Assembly: GCA_965178125.1 (NCBI GenBank)
Contig: OZ237759.1
Span: 744,001-808,000, forward strand
Reading direction: 5' to 3'
Length of the DNA stretch: 64,000 bases
Source: Bilabrum cf. latius
Taxonomy: Eukaryota
Shown piece by piece: positions 35,777-49,390 of the stretch. A model generated the notes under the pieces. That model was not told where the DNA came from. It did not search any database and saw only the letters and a program-made list of their open reading frames with translations. The position numbers and the translations under genes were made by a program. The first letter of the stretch is position 1. Every line of letters begins with the position of its first letter.

Positions 35777-36457
35777 ATGGCAGCTGCTTCCGAGCCAACC
35801 ACTGAGTCAGTTTTTGAAGGAGTTGCGTCGTTCAAGCCCGCTGCAGATATCTCCGTGAGAATGCTGTCGAAAGTTTGATAGATCCGACCTGCGCATTTTC
35901 CTTTCGGAATCCACTACTTTCCCCTGCTGGAATCTTCTTTCACTCAGGTGGTATTTTCTTCTGGATTTGAGGTTACGCAAGAAACTTCCGGGGTGGAGGG
36001 AGCACCGGCCAAGACTGCCGAGGTCCCGACGGTGAAGCTTGGCGGAGCCAAGGAGGGTTCCTTGTACACGGTCATCCTGTCAGACCCAGACGCCCCCAGC
36101 ACCACTGACCGCAAGTTCGGAGAATGGATCCACTATCGCGTCGTGAATTGCCCAGCGGCCACTGACGGGACCCTCACGCTGTCCGAAGGGCAGGACACGG
36201 TTGCGTACGTGGGCCCTGCTCCGGGCGACGGCAGCGGCAAGCACAGGTACACTTTGGTGGTGTACGAGCAGGACAAGAAAATCGAGGAGGATGGAGACAA
36301 GATTGCGGCAGACAGTGGGTTTGCGCCCAGGCGGTCCTTCAACTCGAGCAAGTACGCGGAGGAGCGCTCACTCACTCCAGTCGCGGCTGTTCGGTTCTTG
36401 GCCGCATTCGACGACAGCGTGCCAGCTGCGCACAAGAAGCTGACCGGGCAGTCCTGA
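35777..36457 (+). CDS. Phosphatidylethanolamine-binding protein (PEBP/RKIP family); intron 35855-35947
   Basis: Motifs LYTVILSDPDAPS, EWIHY, YVGPAP, GKHRY and VYEQ; ends at TGA. Confidence 0.92.
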
Positions 36458-36838
36458 GAGATGCATGACAATACATTTGGTGCTGTGCCAGCGGTCCAGG
36501 AAGCGCCGGCGCCTTTCTCCATCGAACCGGGCGCCTCGCTGAGCAAGGGTGTCCATGACAATGTGGGGGCATGCTCGGCTGGGAGAGCGCTGCTGGAGCA
36601 GCCATACGGCGCGAGGATGGCCAGCTATTTCGAATTGGCGGGGGTGATTATGGTTACAATGCAGATTGCGTGTACAGCCTGCAAAACCTGCTATGCATCA
36701 CTGTTCCATTCCCGGCCCACGTAGCCCACCAACCTAGTCCAGTGCCTTGACTTGGTCGCAAACTGTAGCACTGTGCAGTTCCTGGACCCAAGCCATATCA
36801 TTACCGGGCCAGCCGGGCCCCGATCTGATTTATTCAAT

Positions 36839-39800
36839 ATGTCTGATGGTAAAATCTTAGAGGCTGAAGTACGAGCTGTGCTGCAGGCCGCTGGGCAATC
36901 GCAGCGAACAGTCGAGAGGACGCTGCGTGCCACTGAGGACACGCTGGTGTCGTCCATGAAGCATGTGTTCGGCAAAGCAGACATGTAGGATGGCAGGGAT
37001 GAGCGTAGACTTGCTTTATCATACATTTAGCACGCTGCTCCCGAGGCGAGGCTGAAACGGCACGGAATCGATGTTGGCGGCGCAGTTTCCGTTGGTGGCG
37101 GAATGTCGAAGCGAGCCGTAGTTGACTTTCGCAGGAAAGCAGCAGAAGCGTGCAAGGCCACAGGCGTTGACGATGGTCCGGATGACAGCGACGAGGAGCA
37201 GGAGCTGGATGTACTGGCTCATTCGACTCTGGACGACGACTTGCTGCTGGCTGCTGCAAGCAGCAGGGCTGATGCTGCGGAGTTCTCTCCACCAAGCGCG
37301 CGCAGCGCGAGCGGGCGAATTGGGGGTCCATTGAACTCATCCAGGAACGGGCGAAGGTCTTCATCGCCGGAGTTTGTCGCTTCGGCATCCGAGGCGGTCA
37401 GGAGACATGCTGGCGGTGGGCAGAGCAATGGGATCTCCTTGCCGCACCCTCCGTACGGCAGCGACGCAAACGATACCGTTGATGCCGTGCACGATCAAGT
37501 TGGGATTTCCAGCGAGTACAGCGCGGGCGACATAGCCGCCAAGCCGACACCTAGCCGGGCAATTGCTCCCTTCGAGCGCCAGAAGAGCGTTGCCCGCTCA
37601 TTGGTCCAGCAGTGGCTCGGCCGAACGGCGTCGGAGCGAGCAAGGCTCGTTGACGAGCAAATTGACGTTGAAACGTACGGCAGAGGGCGTGGTGGGCGGC
37701 GGGCGAGCACAGGCGAGGTCGCAAGCGGGTCGACTGCCGATGGTCGGTCGCAAGGCTCCGCCCCTCTCCTCTTGCGGCCATTTTCCCCCCGGCTGGACCG
37801 GGAGGGCGCTGCCCTTGACACGCTGGGGGCATCTGGTCCCGTGTCTGCCTCGCTGCTCCCACACGACCCCGAGGACGGCGAGGGAGCGAGGGCGCGGAGT
37901 AGTAGAGCTGGAGCGGGCAGTGACGCAAGCCACGGGACGGGGGACTCGTCGGGCCCAGCCACGGAGGAGTTGCACGCGCCGAGGAGCGGCGGGAGCGCCG
38001 CTGCCTCTGTACTGCGCTGGCAATCGGCGCAGCTTAGGTTCTGGAGGAGACGGGCCAGGAGGTGGAGGGCGGTCTCGGCTGCCTGCGTGGTGCTTGGGCA
38101 GGAGGCACTGGAGGCCGCGGGGCGGAGGGCGGAGAAATCGCTGAGGGCGGGGCTGGTGCGCGTGCGTCGCGCCGCGGAAGACTCTCTGGATGGCGTTGGT
38201 CGCAAGGCCCGCGCCCGGGAAGCAGCCGCGGTGAAGCGGGCGAGGGAGGAGGTGGCCTCAATGCGGAGGTCCATCGAGGAGCAGGTAAAAGGGAGGGTGG
38301 CTGCTCTGGGGGTGCAGGCGGAGGAGAGGATCCGGAGGGTGCTGGAGCAGCAGGATGAGGTGGTCAATGCGGCGGTGGCCAAAGAGAAGGAGGCAAGAGA
38401 GGAGGCGGAGGCAGAGGTAAGGCAGTGGGAGGCGAGGACAGCCGTGGTGTGCAGGCTGTGCGAGGTGCTGCACGGGGCTCTAGCCAGCGTGGGGCTCTCA
38501 ATCGGGGCGGCGAGCGGAAGGGTGGATCTTGACGTGGTGAGGAGGGCGATGCAAGAGTCGCAGAGGGGGGAGGGGACTGCGGGTGCCGGGTTGCTATCCG
38601 CCCGAAGCGTCGGCTCAAGGGGGGGGAGCAGGGGCGGGAGCAGAGGGGGTGTGCGATCAAGGGGAGGACCAGGGAAGGACGGTGCCGACGATTTTGAAGA
38701 TGAAGACAACGAGGGATCTGCCGCGTGGCTCCGGAGGCTAGGCGAGGAAGAGGCGCGGGAGGTGGAGAAAGAAGCAGCAGAGGTGGCCAAAGCCGGGGGT
38801 GAGGGTCCTGCGAGCATGAAGCGAAAGAGACCAACGCCTGGGAAACAGCCAGCGGGGTCCTCTGCAGAAGCGGCTGGCAGTTCCATGGAATCATCCGGAG
38901 GAGTGCACGACGGCGACGGCAAAGGCGAAGGCAGGACGCCCAGTGGCTCCGGGGAGCAGCCCCTGGATCTCGCTGTGCCGCTGAAGGCGCTCCGGGAGGA
39001 GCGAAAGGACTTCCTGGAGAGTATTCGGAGCGCGGCCACGGGGAACGGGAGAAGGCAGAGCGGGGGCGGTCTCGGTGGGGGAACAACAGCGCGGTCCAGG
39101 GCCAGTGACGACGATTCCGAATCCGAGAACGGAGCCCTGCGAGCTCGGCTGGCGGTGGATAGCGGCCGCGAGGCATTCCTAGAGGTGGTCAAAGAGGCTG
39201 GATTCGATCCTGGAGAGGTGGTCAAAGGAGGCGAGGACGAGCCATCTGCCAGTGGGGGGCTGCGTTCGATTGCAGACGTGGTCGCAAGCGCCAAGAAAGA
39301 GAAGCAGAAGAGGAGAGCCGTTGCGCAGAGGAAGAGGCTGGCAGGGGCGGCGCTGGCGCTGGCCATGCGGCCAGCCAGGCTGGGGTTGGAGCATGCAAGC
39401 AACGAGGAGATCCACGCGAGGGGCAGCAGGCTCAAGAGCAGGCTGGAGGGTCTTGCGGCGGTGGCCATGGGACGGGCTGCTGCCCTGTCCAGGTCCGAAT
39501 CCGGGTGGCACTGCGCCCTGGGGTTCTTGTCTCGGTTCGGCAGGCGGGCTGGGCGCATGGCGCAGCGGGTGCTGAAACTGGAGCAGGCGCTGCGGGGGAT
39601 GAAGCAGGAGGCGGCCAAGGCGCGAGAGGAGGCCGACAGGGCGCTGGCGGGCCACACGGTGGACGCTCTCGACGAGCTGCTGAAACGAGGGGCGGAGCAG
39701 AGGGCGCAGACGGAGCGCGAGCGCAGGGGGGTCAAGATGGTCACTGAGTCCATGCAGACGGGCTTCACCGTGGGAGAGCTCAAGCTCATCGAGAAGATCC

Positions 39801-41872
39801 AGAGGAAGTTCCGCAGGATTCGCCGCGGCGCCGCCGCTGTGCCAGAAACACCAAAGGCTATCCCGAATCCGGAGCGGGTCCGTCGGCAGAGCTTGTTCTC
39901 TGATATGGGCGACGAGGTAGTGGAGGCCGAGGAGGCAGGGAAAGAGGGGGGGGCAGGCAACAAGGCAGTTGAAGGTAACGCATCGGAAGACCGGGTGGTA
40001 GATCCTATCCCGTACGAGGGCGACGCTCCCGAGCGGTCATAGGAGCAAGAAAACATAGCCGACAAGCCGGATCGCCATAGCACTCCCGTCCCCGCCTACC
40101 CCTCGTTGATGAGCGAGCAAACTCCTGTTCCCGTCGAGCAACCATCCAGGGACTCTGCAGCGTGGCGGATGGAGCCGCAGGAAGGAGAGAGCACCAACGA
40201 CAGGACGAGTAGCGCTGGCAGGGAACAAGCCAGGGAACGCGACAACCCCGGTACGAGAGACAGCGATCTCATTGACGCTGCGGTAGCTAGGGAACAAGCC
40301 AGGGAACAGCTGGCCTCCCAGGCTTCGAAGAGAAAGGTCCTAGGGAACAGACCCGGCACGGGGGACGGTCGTGTCTCTAGGGGGAACGGCGGGGCTGCCG
40401 CAGCCGGGGAGGGCAGGGGCTTGCGCGGAGTGACCGGTGCCGGCAGGGGCCACAAGCCCAGGCCTGCCAGCTCGCGGCCGGCCCCGCCGCCGCGGCCGCT
40501 CACGGGAGGGGGAAACTCGCCCCTGCATGCCGCGTCTCCCGCCGTGCGAGTGGGCATGGGTGTGCCGCAAGGTGGCCAAAGTGGGGAGGATGTGGATCCG
40601 GAGCTTGAGGACCGCATTCGCCCAACTAGCCGGGAGTCGGGTGCAAGCCTCTTTGGTCACCAGCAGGCCCTGCTGGAAGAGAGCGACTCGGAATTAGAAT
40701 CGCCCTCTCCGTACGGCCACAGACGGGGCAACGTACCTGGGGAACAAGTGATTCAAGGGGAACAGCCGCGGTGGCGAGGAGACCCCAAGGAGGACCCTGC
40801 TGTCGGCTCGCACAACCGAAGCTAGACTAGGCAAGGCATTCACAGCATTCGTAGCAACAGAAGCGGCATCACGCAACGAAGAAAGGGGGGGCGGATAGCC
40901 CCTAGCGGGCTCCTGGCCCACGCCCAGGTGCAACCGAGCGGACCCACTCGTCTCGCCATCCGCCGCCGCGGCCTGATCCGTCCCCCGAGCGAGACCACCA
41001 CGGCGCTCGCCGAGAGGATCTCGAGCAGGGAGGGGCGCTCGGGGCCCCCCAGGCAGGTGGGGGCCGTGGGTTCCAGCGTACTGGTGGGTGATGATGCGCT
41101 GACAGAGGAACACCACCGCGGTGACGTCATCGGTGCGGCGGGTCACCACCATCCACCGGGCGGGCTGGTACCGCTGGACCGGGGCTACGGCGGGTCGGTT
41201 GTGGAACACGAAGGGCTCGGGCTGCTCGACGCAGGCTCGCTGGAATAGCGTGCACTTTCTGGTATAGAGCTACCGCCGAATTCCCGCACGGCCTCCACGC
41301 CGGTCCTGAAGCAGCGTGCGTCTAGAGAACATGCGCGGATGGCCCGGTTGCAGGGACTGCAAGAGTCCCCCATACGCATGCACCCTGGGGAATGGGGCGG
41401 CCCTGGTGGAGGCGAGAAAGGCGCTGCTTGGGGTGCATCAAGAATCCGAACCGAGGCAGGCCACGAGTCGGCAATGCGGGCTGCCAGCCGGTACGCAGGG
41501 GGTACGAGTCGGCACGCACAGTCCACCGGTGGGTTGCCGTCTCTGTGGGACCGGGGTGGCGATACCGCGATAGCAGAGTCGAAGGTTGCAGCCACCGCTC
41601 AGCGGAACCGGCGCCGCGCACCCCGGGGTCTGGGGGCGAGTGGCGCGGTGCCTGCGGGGAGGCAGCAGGGGGTCCTACCCCGCAATGGGGGAGGGGGAGA
41701 GCTGATGATGTTCCTGGGACCCTCGGGGGAGCGCATGGGGCCGCAGGGCGGCAGGCCGATGAAGCAGTCCCTTGCACGGGGCGAGGACCTGGTGAGCCGC
41801 TCCAGCAAGGCGGGGTTTGTTCCTCGGAGGATGCCGAGGACGGCGGCGATGCGGAGGAGAGGGCCCGGTTGA
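36839..41872 (+). CDS. Large coiled-coil/disordered hypothetical protein (~1677 aa), 5 in-frame TAG
   Basis: ORFs at 36752, 37103, 40106, 40928 and 41339 are in one frame joined across TAG; ends at TGA 41870-41872. Contains an IQ-like IEKIQRKFRR segment. Confidence 0.75.
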
Positions 41873-42076
41873 AGCGCTCCCCATGCTCCTTGCCTGATGG
41901 GTGCCACGTCGCCAGTGAGGTTGCATTCAATTTGAAGAAGTGACATACATGCAATCATGGCTATTAGGTAGCCTCCAGCCGTACCTGATGATTTCATCAC
42001 CTTGTTGCGCGGCGCCAGATGGTTCCGCACACTGCCATTTCGGTTCGTTCACGGAAGTTTCGGAAATCGCCAAATC

Positions 42077-45000
42077 ATGGAACCATCGGGTGGATGGGAC
42101 GATTCTGCCGAGCTGCAAACAGTGATTGTGCTAGCAGCAGAGCTTGAAACCACTGCAGTTTCCCTTGCACTTCGCGCCGGGTGCTGGGAGGACATGGTGG
42201 TGCCGGCTACCCAAAGCGCCGTTCTCGCCGCCATACAGCAAAAGTAGCGGAGCATATGGAGCTCGGGGACACGATCATTCATAAACGGATCAATTGGTCG
42301 CAATGGGCCGTGGTAGAGAGCGCCTGCCAGTATCCTGGCTCTGGTACAGTGCTGCGTAGCCGAGGAGGCCATTCTGTGTGCTGCAGGCTCGCAGGACGCC
42401 ATCGCTGCCTTGTGCTGTCCCGGGTTACGGCAGCAAAACAAGCATATTTCTCGACCAGCTAGACAAGCCCGTGATGAATGTATGAGACTGTGTACAATAG
42501 CACTCCTGTGCGCCAAGTGGGCGGCAGGACTGACCGAAGCGGACATTTCTGGGCTTGAGGCCGAGCTCCCCATGGCCCGACCGGGATACGCGCGTGAGTC
42601 CGAGTTTAATGCACAAGATGCAATCATATCTGGTACTCGTGCGACCCAGACGTGGAAGCAATGGATGCATGGCATGCTAGCGCCTAGCCCAGGTACTCCC
42701 TCCCGGTGTGGCCCCTTGGGACTTGCCCTGGATCTGATGGCGCAAAGCAACGCGGCGAGCGGAGGATCGAGGCACTGTACCCCGGGGTCATACTCTGGCG
42801 CGGGCATTGCCTCCTCCTCCTCCTCCTCTACGTTCTCAGACCCGAGGGTGCCTCCTCTCGCCGACACCCTTCCAGACCTCGAAGGAGCAGAGGAGCCCCC
42901 ACCGCCCCATGCCCCCGCCGTGCCGTTCGACCGGACGGTTGACGAGGATTCCTGCCCGGAGGGCGCAGAGTGGGCCAGCGACGGCAGCTCTGGCTCTGTT
43001 TCACCTCGCCCGGCGGGGTCCCTCCCCTGTCCCCCAGGGAGGGGGGCGGCTCGGGTGCTGCGGGCCTTCGTGTCGGAGCGACGGGCGCTGGACGCATGCC
43101 GCTGGATGGAGACGCTGCGGCGGGGCGGCGGCGCGCAAGGAGGTTCCGCATCCGCCCCGCCGGGTGCCTCGAGCGCGGCCAGCGAGTCGTCCAGTGGGAG
43201 TGGGAGCTGGAATGGAGGCAGCGGCGGTCTGGGACAGAGGGCCTGGACCTGGATGATTGACGCTGTGAGGGCGAGGCCCCGAGTAGCGGCAACGCTGGTG
43301 GTGCTGGGCGTGAGTCTGGCGGGGGCAGTCGCTTGGAAGGGGGCGGGGATGGCCCTTGATTACGCACGAGGTGCTGCGGGTGATGGCCCGGGCGCCGAGT
43401 CGGCTGCTGTGGCAGGCGAGGGGGTGCACGCAGATGCCCAGGCAGGACGCAATGCAGTGCAATCGGAGAGAGCACCCCGCGCCCGCAGGGACCCATCGTC
43501 TCGTGTTCCCCAGGCCGCCACAGAGGGGCTGGGGCGAGCTGCGCGGGGACAATCGGAGCAGTCCACCGGTGGATTTGGTGGGGCGCTTGGCCGCGTGGTT
43601 GAGGGGGCCGCGGGGGCCGTGAGCGGACTGGCATCGTCGTCAGCTGCACCAGAGGATGGTGGAGGAAACGGAACGGGCGCTGGTGGAGCTGCCGGTGAGG
43701 GGCGCGGCGGGCCAGCAAAACCCGCCTCCATTCCCATGACGAAGCTCAGGCCGACCATCAAGCACAGGGTCGCGCAGGGACTCCGCAAGTTCGCCGACAC
43801 GATTTCCAGCGCCGCTGATTCCATCGAAAAGGTGGAGCTGCCAAGGGCAGACCCGGACAACCCGCTGGCCAGGACCGTGATCGTGCACGACGCGACCAGC
43901 AAGACGGACATCCCCGTCGATGCTGCCAAGGCCGGCCTCAGGAGGACCGTGGAGCAGTACGGCGGGTGCGACAAGCGGGTGCAGAGGGCTAGATCCACGG
44001 CCACCTAGCGCATGAACGCCATGGATTCGCACGCGAGAGAGAAGGCCCTCATACAGGGGGGTGCCCTAGTGGCGGTTGGGGCGGCTGGATCGGCAGCGGC
44101 CATTGCCGTCCTGCAACTGGAGGCCTTGGAAGCCGCGGGAGACGTGCCAGAAGAGCTGCCCCCGATGCGGCTGGCCGGCGTGCTGCGTCGGGTTAGGCAG
44201 TGCTGCGATGAGGTGGCCGCTGCAGCTCACCAGCTCGCTGACGCAGATAGGGGTAAAGGAGGTGGTGGTGGATCTGCTGCTGGACATAGCAGCCTGATCG
44301 GGCCCGCCTCGCCAGAGGAGCAGCTCCGAGAAGATGCACTGCACGATGGTTTAGAGCTGCTGAGCCAAGAGTTGCGCGCGGCCCAAGTGGAAGCTCTCAC
44401 GCTGTGCGTGCTAGCCAGAGCACTGGGCGCATCGGAGTCGAGCAATGGCTTGCGGCAGGATGGGGATAGCGTTGGCTATGATGGTCCAGTGCTGCCTGCA
44501 AGCGGTCAAGCGCTGGCCAATGGCATGGGCGGAGTGCTGGGCGCGGTGTTTGCGAGAGCTGTAACGATGGGCTCCCTTGCGGCGACTGGAGATGCATCTC
44601 CATCACCACCAGCACCAGCACCAGCACCAGCACCACAAGGAGCATCGTCTCCCCGTGATGACACGGCAGGAGGGCGCTCCCCCACCGGGCAACTCGAAGA
44701 TTTAATGGCCCAGGGCATGCACCCTGGCAGTGAAAGAGTAGACTACAGGGCTCTAAGGCTCAGGTGGGTGCGCGCATCCGATGGTCTCGCATGTGAGTCG
44801 TCTGCTGGCTCTAGCAGGAGTAATGGCGGCAGCGCCGCATCATCGGGCGGTCCAGTCCGGTGTGTGTTGCAACCTATGTACGGCCCCGTGGTGACAGCGC
44901 CTGCACCCACCGAGGGTGTCCCCGATGCCTCATCTCCGCCGGCAAAGTCTGCTGCACCAGCTACATCGACTGCGGGTGGTGCTGGTACTGGCACCGGAGC

Positions 45001-45712
45001 CGACTCCGCGGACGATTGGCTGCTGGGAGACCTCGACGTGCATTCAGTGCGAGTCTCGCTGCAGTCTGCCCTGCACCGCGCCGCAGGCACCCTGTTTCCC
45101 TCGAGCCAGGCAGGCGGGCCCACCTGCGCGATCTGCATGGAGCGAGTGCTGCCGTGGCACGCAGCAGTGGCATCGCAGTCCCTTGGCTGCGGGAGGTCCC
45201 ACCAGCTGCACGCGAGGTGCTTCATGGAGCAGCAGACCAGGTCCCGGCCCTCCTGCAGGACGGAGGGAGACAAGTGTCCGCAATGCAGGCAGCCCATGCA
45301 GTACATCCACGCGATCGCAGTGCCCTCGCCGTTTGCCAGCCAGAGGGCGCCGGGGCAGGGGGCAGCCGGGGGGCCGGGAGAGCTCGAGGTGGTGAGGTGC
45401 CACCCCCACGATGCACAAGCCGCCGCTGAGGCTGCTGGGATCGTTGCGATCCGCGGGATTGTTGTGGCCCGCGCTGCATCTGGGGTGGGAGACGCGGCGT
45501 TGGCAGCCGACAGCAGTGCGTCGATGCGGGCGGCGGGGGCCGCGGCGTCGGCAGCATCGGGGAAGCAGCCAACGCGAGGAGATCCCATTCGCTTGCCCAA
45601 AGTGGATCGAGGAGAATCGCAGGAATCCAAGCAGGGGTCGCCGTTCCCAGAGGACGTTGGCGCTATCGATGGTGTTCGAGTGGATCATTTCGGTGGAGCA
45701 GTGCAGCGGTGA
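42077..45712 (+). CDS. RING-finger protein (~1211 aa) with hydrophobic membrane-like segments; 3 in-frame TAG
   Basis: CAIC...GCGRSHQLHARC...CPQCR resembles RING-H2; VAATLVVLGVSLAGAVAW is hydrophobic. ORFs 42002, 42410 and 44012 are in frame across TAG at 42245, 42314 and 44006; ends at TGA. Confidence 0.75.
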
Positions 45713-46047
45713 CTACCTATCAGAAGGGGCTTTGGGGTTCATGTGGAGAGTATCGTACGATTTGCATAGTTGCACAGAAGTGTCGGCGTTTCTCATTGAA
45801 CAGATTTATGAAGTAGGCTACAAGAAAAATACATGGGCTGGTTTGACCGTGTAGATTGATCGTGGAAGTCAGTCTAGCAAACAAAATGATGCGCTGAAAG
45901 CCGACGCAAAAGACACACCTGAGCGTTCGAAAAATTATTCAATGCTGAAAAGGAAGAAAACGCACGCCGGCAAAGTGCCAGCGCCGCAGCGCTCAAGGAG
46001 CGCGCGGCAATGATGACGATAGCTGCGTCCGGCTGCCCCCAGAGGGC

Positions 46048-49000
46048 TCAGCTGCCGCAGTTCAGGCACCCCTCCTCCTCCTCCTCGAGCCCAGCAGACT
46101 TGGCTCCTCCAATCCGCACCTGCCTGGCAAGGTTGGCCAGCAGGTCGTCCCCGTCCTCCTCCTCGGCAGCAGCCGCGGCGCCAAAGGCGAAGCGGGACTT
46201 GGCCGCAGCGGCGGGCGGTGCCACCGCCGCTGCTGCCTCCGTGGAAGCGCCCGAAGACGCGCCGCTGGAGGCCGCAGCAGGGGTTAGCTTGGCTCCAGCG
46301 GGGGCCCCCACGTTGCCGGAGAGCGCCCTCAGGGCAGGGGAAGAGCCCGCAGAGGCCTTGCTTGGGGAGGCCTCGGCTGCCTCCGCGGCGGCGGCGCCGC
46401 CCTTCGCTGCCTCTGCCTTGCCGGCATCGTCAGCGACCTTCTTGTCGGCCTTGGCCGTGTCCACGGTGAACTGGATGGCATGTGCCTTGGGCTTGGTGCG
46501 CAGGTAGTACATGCCGGTCTTGAGGCCGGACTTCCAGGCGTGGAAGTGCATGGATGTCAGCTTGCGGATGGTGGGCGCGCCCATGTGAATGTTGAGGCTC
46601 TGGCTCTGGCAGATGTACGCCCCGCGGTCCGCGGCCATGTCGATGATGACCCTCTGCTTGATCTCCCACACGGTCTTGTACAGGGCCTTGAGCTCTGCAG
46701 GGATCTCGCTGACGGCCTGGATGCTGCCCCGGTCCCGCATGATCTGGTTGCGGATGCCCTTGGTCCACAGCCCGCGCTCCACGAGGTCGCGCAGCATGTG
46801 CTTGTTCACGATCGTGAATTCGCCGGCCAGCACGCGCCTCGAGTAGATGTTGGAAGTGAACGGCTCGATCCCCTCGTTGTTCCCCATGATCTGGGCGGTG
46901 GATGCCGTGGGCATGGGGGCCACCATGAGCGAGTTGCGGATGCCCGTCTTGACGACCTCTGCCTTGAGCCCGTCCCAGTCGAACCTCGAGGACGGCTTGA
47001 CTCCCCACATGTCGAACTGCAGGCGGCCCTCGGAGGCCGGGCTGCCCTCGAAGGTCTCGTACGGGCCCTCCCTCTGGGCGATCTCGTTCGAGGCGCTCAC
47101 GGCGCCGAAGTAGATTGCCTCAAAGATGTCCTTGTTGAGCTGGCGGGCCGCGGGCGAGTCGAAGGGCAGGCGCATGAGGCACATAGCGTCGGCGAGCCCC
47201 TGCACACCGATGCCGATGGGGCGGTGGCGCATGTTGGAGCGGCGGGCCTCCTCCACGGGGTAGTAGTTCACGTCGATGACCTTGTTCAGGTTGCGGGTCA
47301 CCACCTTGGTGATGCGCACGAGCTCCTCGAAGTCGAACTCGCGGGAGGTCACCTGACCCTTGTCGTCCTTGGACACCCGGACGAACATGGGGAGCGCGAT
47401 GGAGGCAAGGTTGCACACCGCCACCTCATCGGGAGACGTGTACTCTAGGATCTCCGTGCACAAGTTGCTGCTCTTGATCGTGCCCAGGTTCTGCTGGTTG
47501 CTCTTGGCGTTGCATGCGTCCTTGTACAGCATGTAGGGAGTCCCGGTCTCGATCTGGCTCTGCAGGATGGCGAACCAGAGCTTCTGGGCCTTGACCGTGC
47601 GCCTGGCCTTGCCGTCCCTCTCGTACTTGGTGTAGAGCGCCTCGAACTCGGCGCCGTGGCAGTCGGCCAGGCCGGGGGCCTCGTTGGGGCAGAAGGTGGA
47701 CCAGTCCCCGTTGCTCTCCACCCTCTTCATGAACAGGTCAGGCACCCACATGGCGTAGAAGAGGTCCCTGGCCCTGGCCTCCTCCTTCCCGTGGTTCTTC
47801 TTGAGCTCCAGGAACTCGAACACGTCATCGTGCCACGGCTCCAGGTAGATGGCGAAGCTGCCCTTGCGCTTGCCTCCGCCCTGGTCCACGTACCTTGCCG
47901 TGTCGTTGAACACGCGCAGCATGGGGACGATGCCGTTGGAGGAGCCGTTGGTGCCGCCGATGTACGACCCGGTGGCGCGGATGTTGTGGATGGAGAGACC
48001 GATCCCGCCCGCGAACTTGGAGATGCTGGCGCACTGCTTGAGCGTGTCGTAGATCCCGTCGATGGAGTCGCCCTTCATGGTGAGCAGGAAGCAGCTGCTC
48101 AGCTGGGGCCGGGGGGTGCCGCTGTTGAACAGGGTTGGGGTGGCGTGCGTGAAGAACTTCTGGCTCATGAGGTCATACGTCTCGAAGGCAGAGTCCAGGT
48201 CCTCCCCGTGGATGCCCAGGGCCACTCGCATGAAGAGGTGCTGCGGGCGCTCGCTGATGATGCCGTCCATCTTGAGCAGGTAGGAGCGCTCGAGGGTCTT
48301 GAACCCGAAGTAGTCGAACCTGCAATACCAATGGAAAAAGAGATATCGTTGCACGATGGGAAGTGGGGAAGTTGGGGGACCGGGTGTTTCAGTGTCAGCC
48401 GGCGAGGGCTCCTCTGCGACCAACGCGTCACCGCGAAGGAGACTAGAGGGGAGAAAACGCTTCTCTTCTTGGCACAAATATGCAGCTGTCCGCAAGCGCA
48501 AACCCAATCAATCTCGAAATATACGCATTAATCTCACTCGAAGTCCCTCTTGTAGTTGATGGCCTCCTGGATGCGATTGGCGTTCGCCATAACGACAGCG
48601 TGCACCGAATCCGAGATTAGGGGCGCCGGGCGGCCCGTGCTGGGGTGCTTGTAGTCGTGCATCGTGTCGATCAACTTCGAAAAGTTCGTCTCGGTCATCT
48701 TGTGCAGGTTGCTGATGCTGATGCGCGCAGCCAGGATGCTGAAATCCGGGTGCTGGGTGGCATGGTACGCCGCTGCGATGTCGTGAGACTTGTGGGGCAA
48801 CTATACGATATCTGGCATGCACCCGATAGCGGACCCAGAACAACTTCGAATGTAAGCCCAGCCCAACAGTATCAGCCCGTGGGCGGTGGCTGTGGCTGTC
48901 TGATGCAGCGGCGGCGCGTGCGCCCCATCATTCGAAAATCTACTAGACTGATGTCCAGTCACGTAGCGCACAACACCACGAATCAATCCCTAGCGCACGA

Positions 49001-49390
49001 CATGCCGTCAATCAATACAAATTCCTAGCATCCTGCGTGCTGCCGCACGCTACTTGCAGAGCAAGGAGGTGATGAATTGGGAAGACGGATCTCACCTGTC
49101 TCAGCAGCAAGCTCATCGAGCTCCGACGTGGTCACGCCCTTATATACCCCCTGGATCACCTTCATGGTGATCTTTACCTACGATACGGAAGATATACGGC
49201 CGAGCAGGGTCGGTGTGGGATACATGCACGAAACGACGTGGCGAAGGGCCAAAAAATTCAAACGGGCTCAGTTTGACCTTACGGGGTCAACATGGCGAGA
49301 ATCCAGTCCGTAGCAGAGCTTCCGAATGCGAGAAGTGATCTTGTCGAACATGATCTCTTCTTTGTGACCGTTGCGCTTGATGACGTACAT
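46048..49390 (-). CDS. RRM1: Ribonucleoside-diphosphate reductase large subunit (class Ia); exons 49390-49283, 49177-49096, 48772-48538, 48319-46048
   Basis: ATP-cone MYVIKRNG...FDKITSRI; motifs [40 protein letters not shown] and KTGMYYLR; C-terminal CLNCGS then TGA. Confidence 0.97.

Noticed and set aside
37495-40083. Long antisense and alternate-frame ORFs (also 58790..61195, 58833..61367, 59121..61115, 46480..47448)
   Set aside because: These are shadows of GC-rich or repetitive coding sequence on the other strand or frame.
46048-49390. Viral (giant virus) origin of the RNR gene
   Set aside because: It has three spliceosomal introns, a eukaryote-type sequence, cellular neighbours and no viral hallmark genes nearby.
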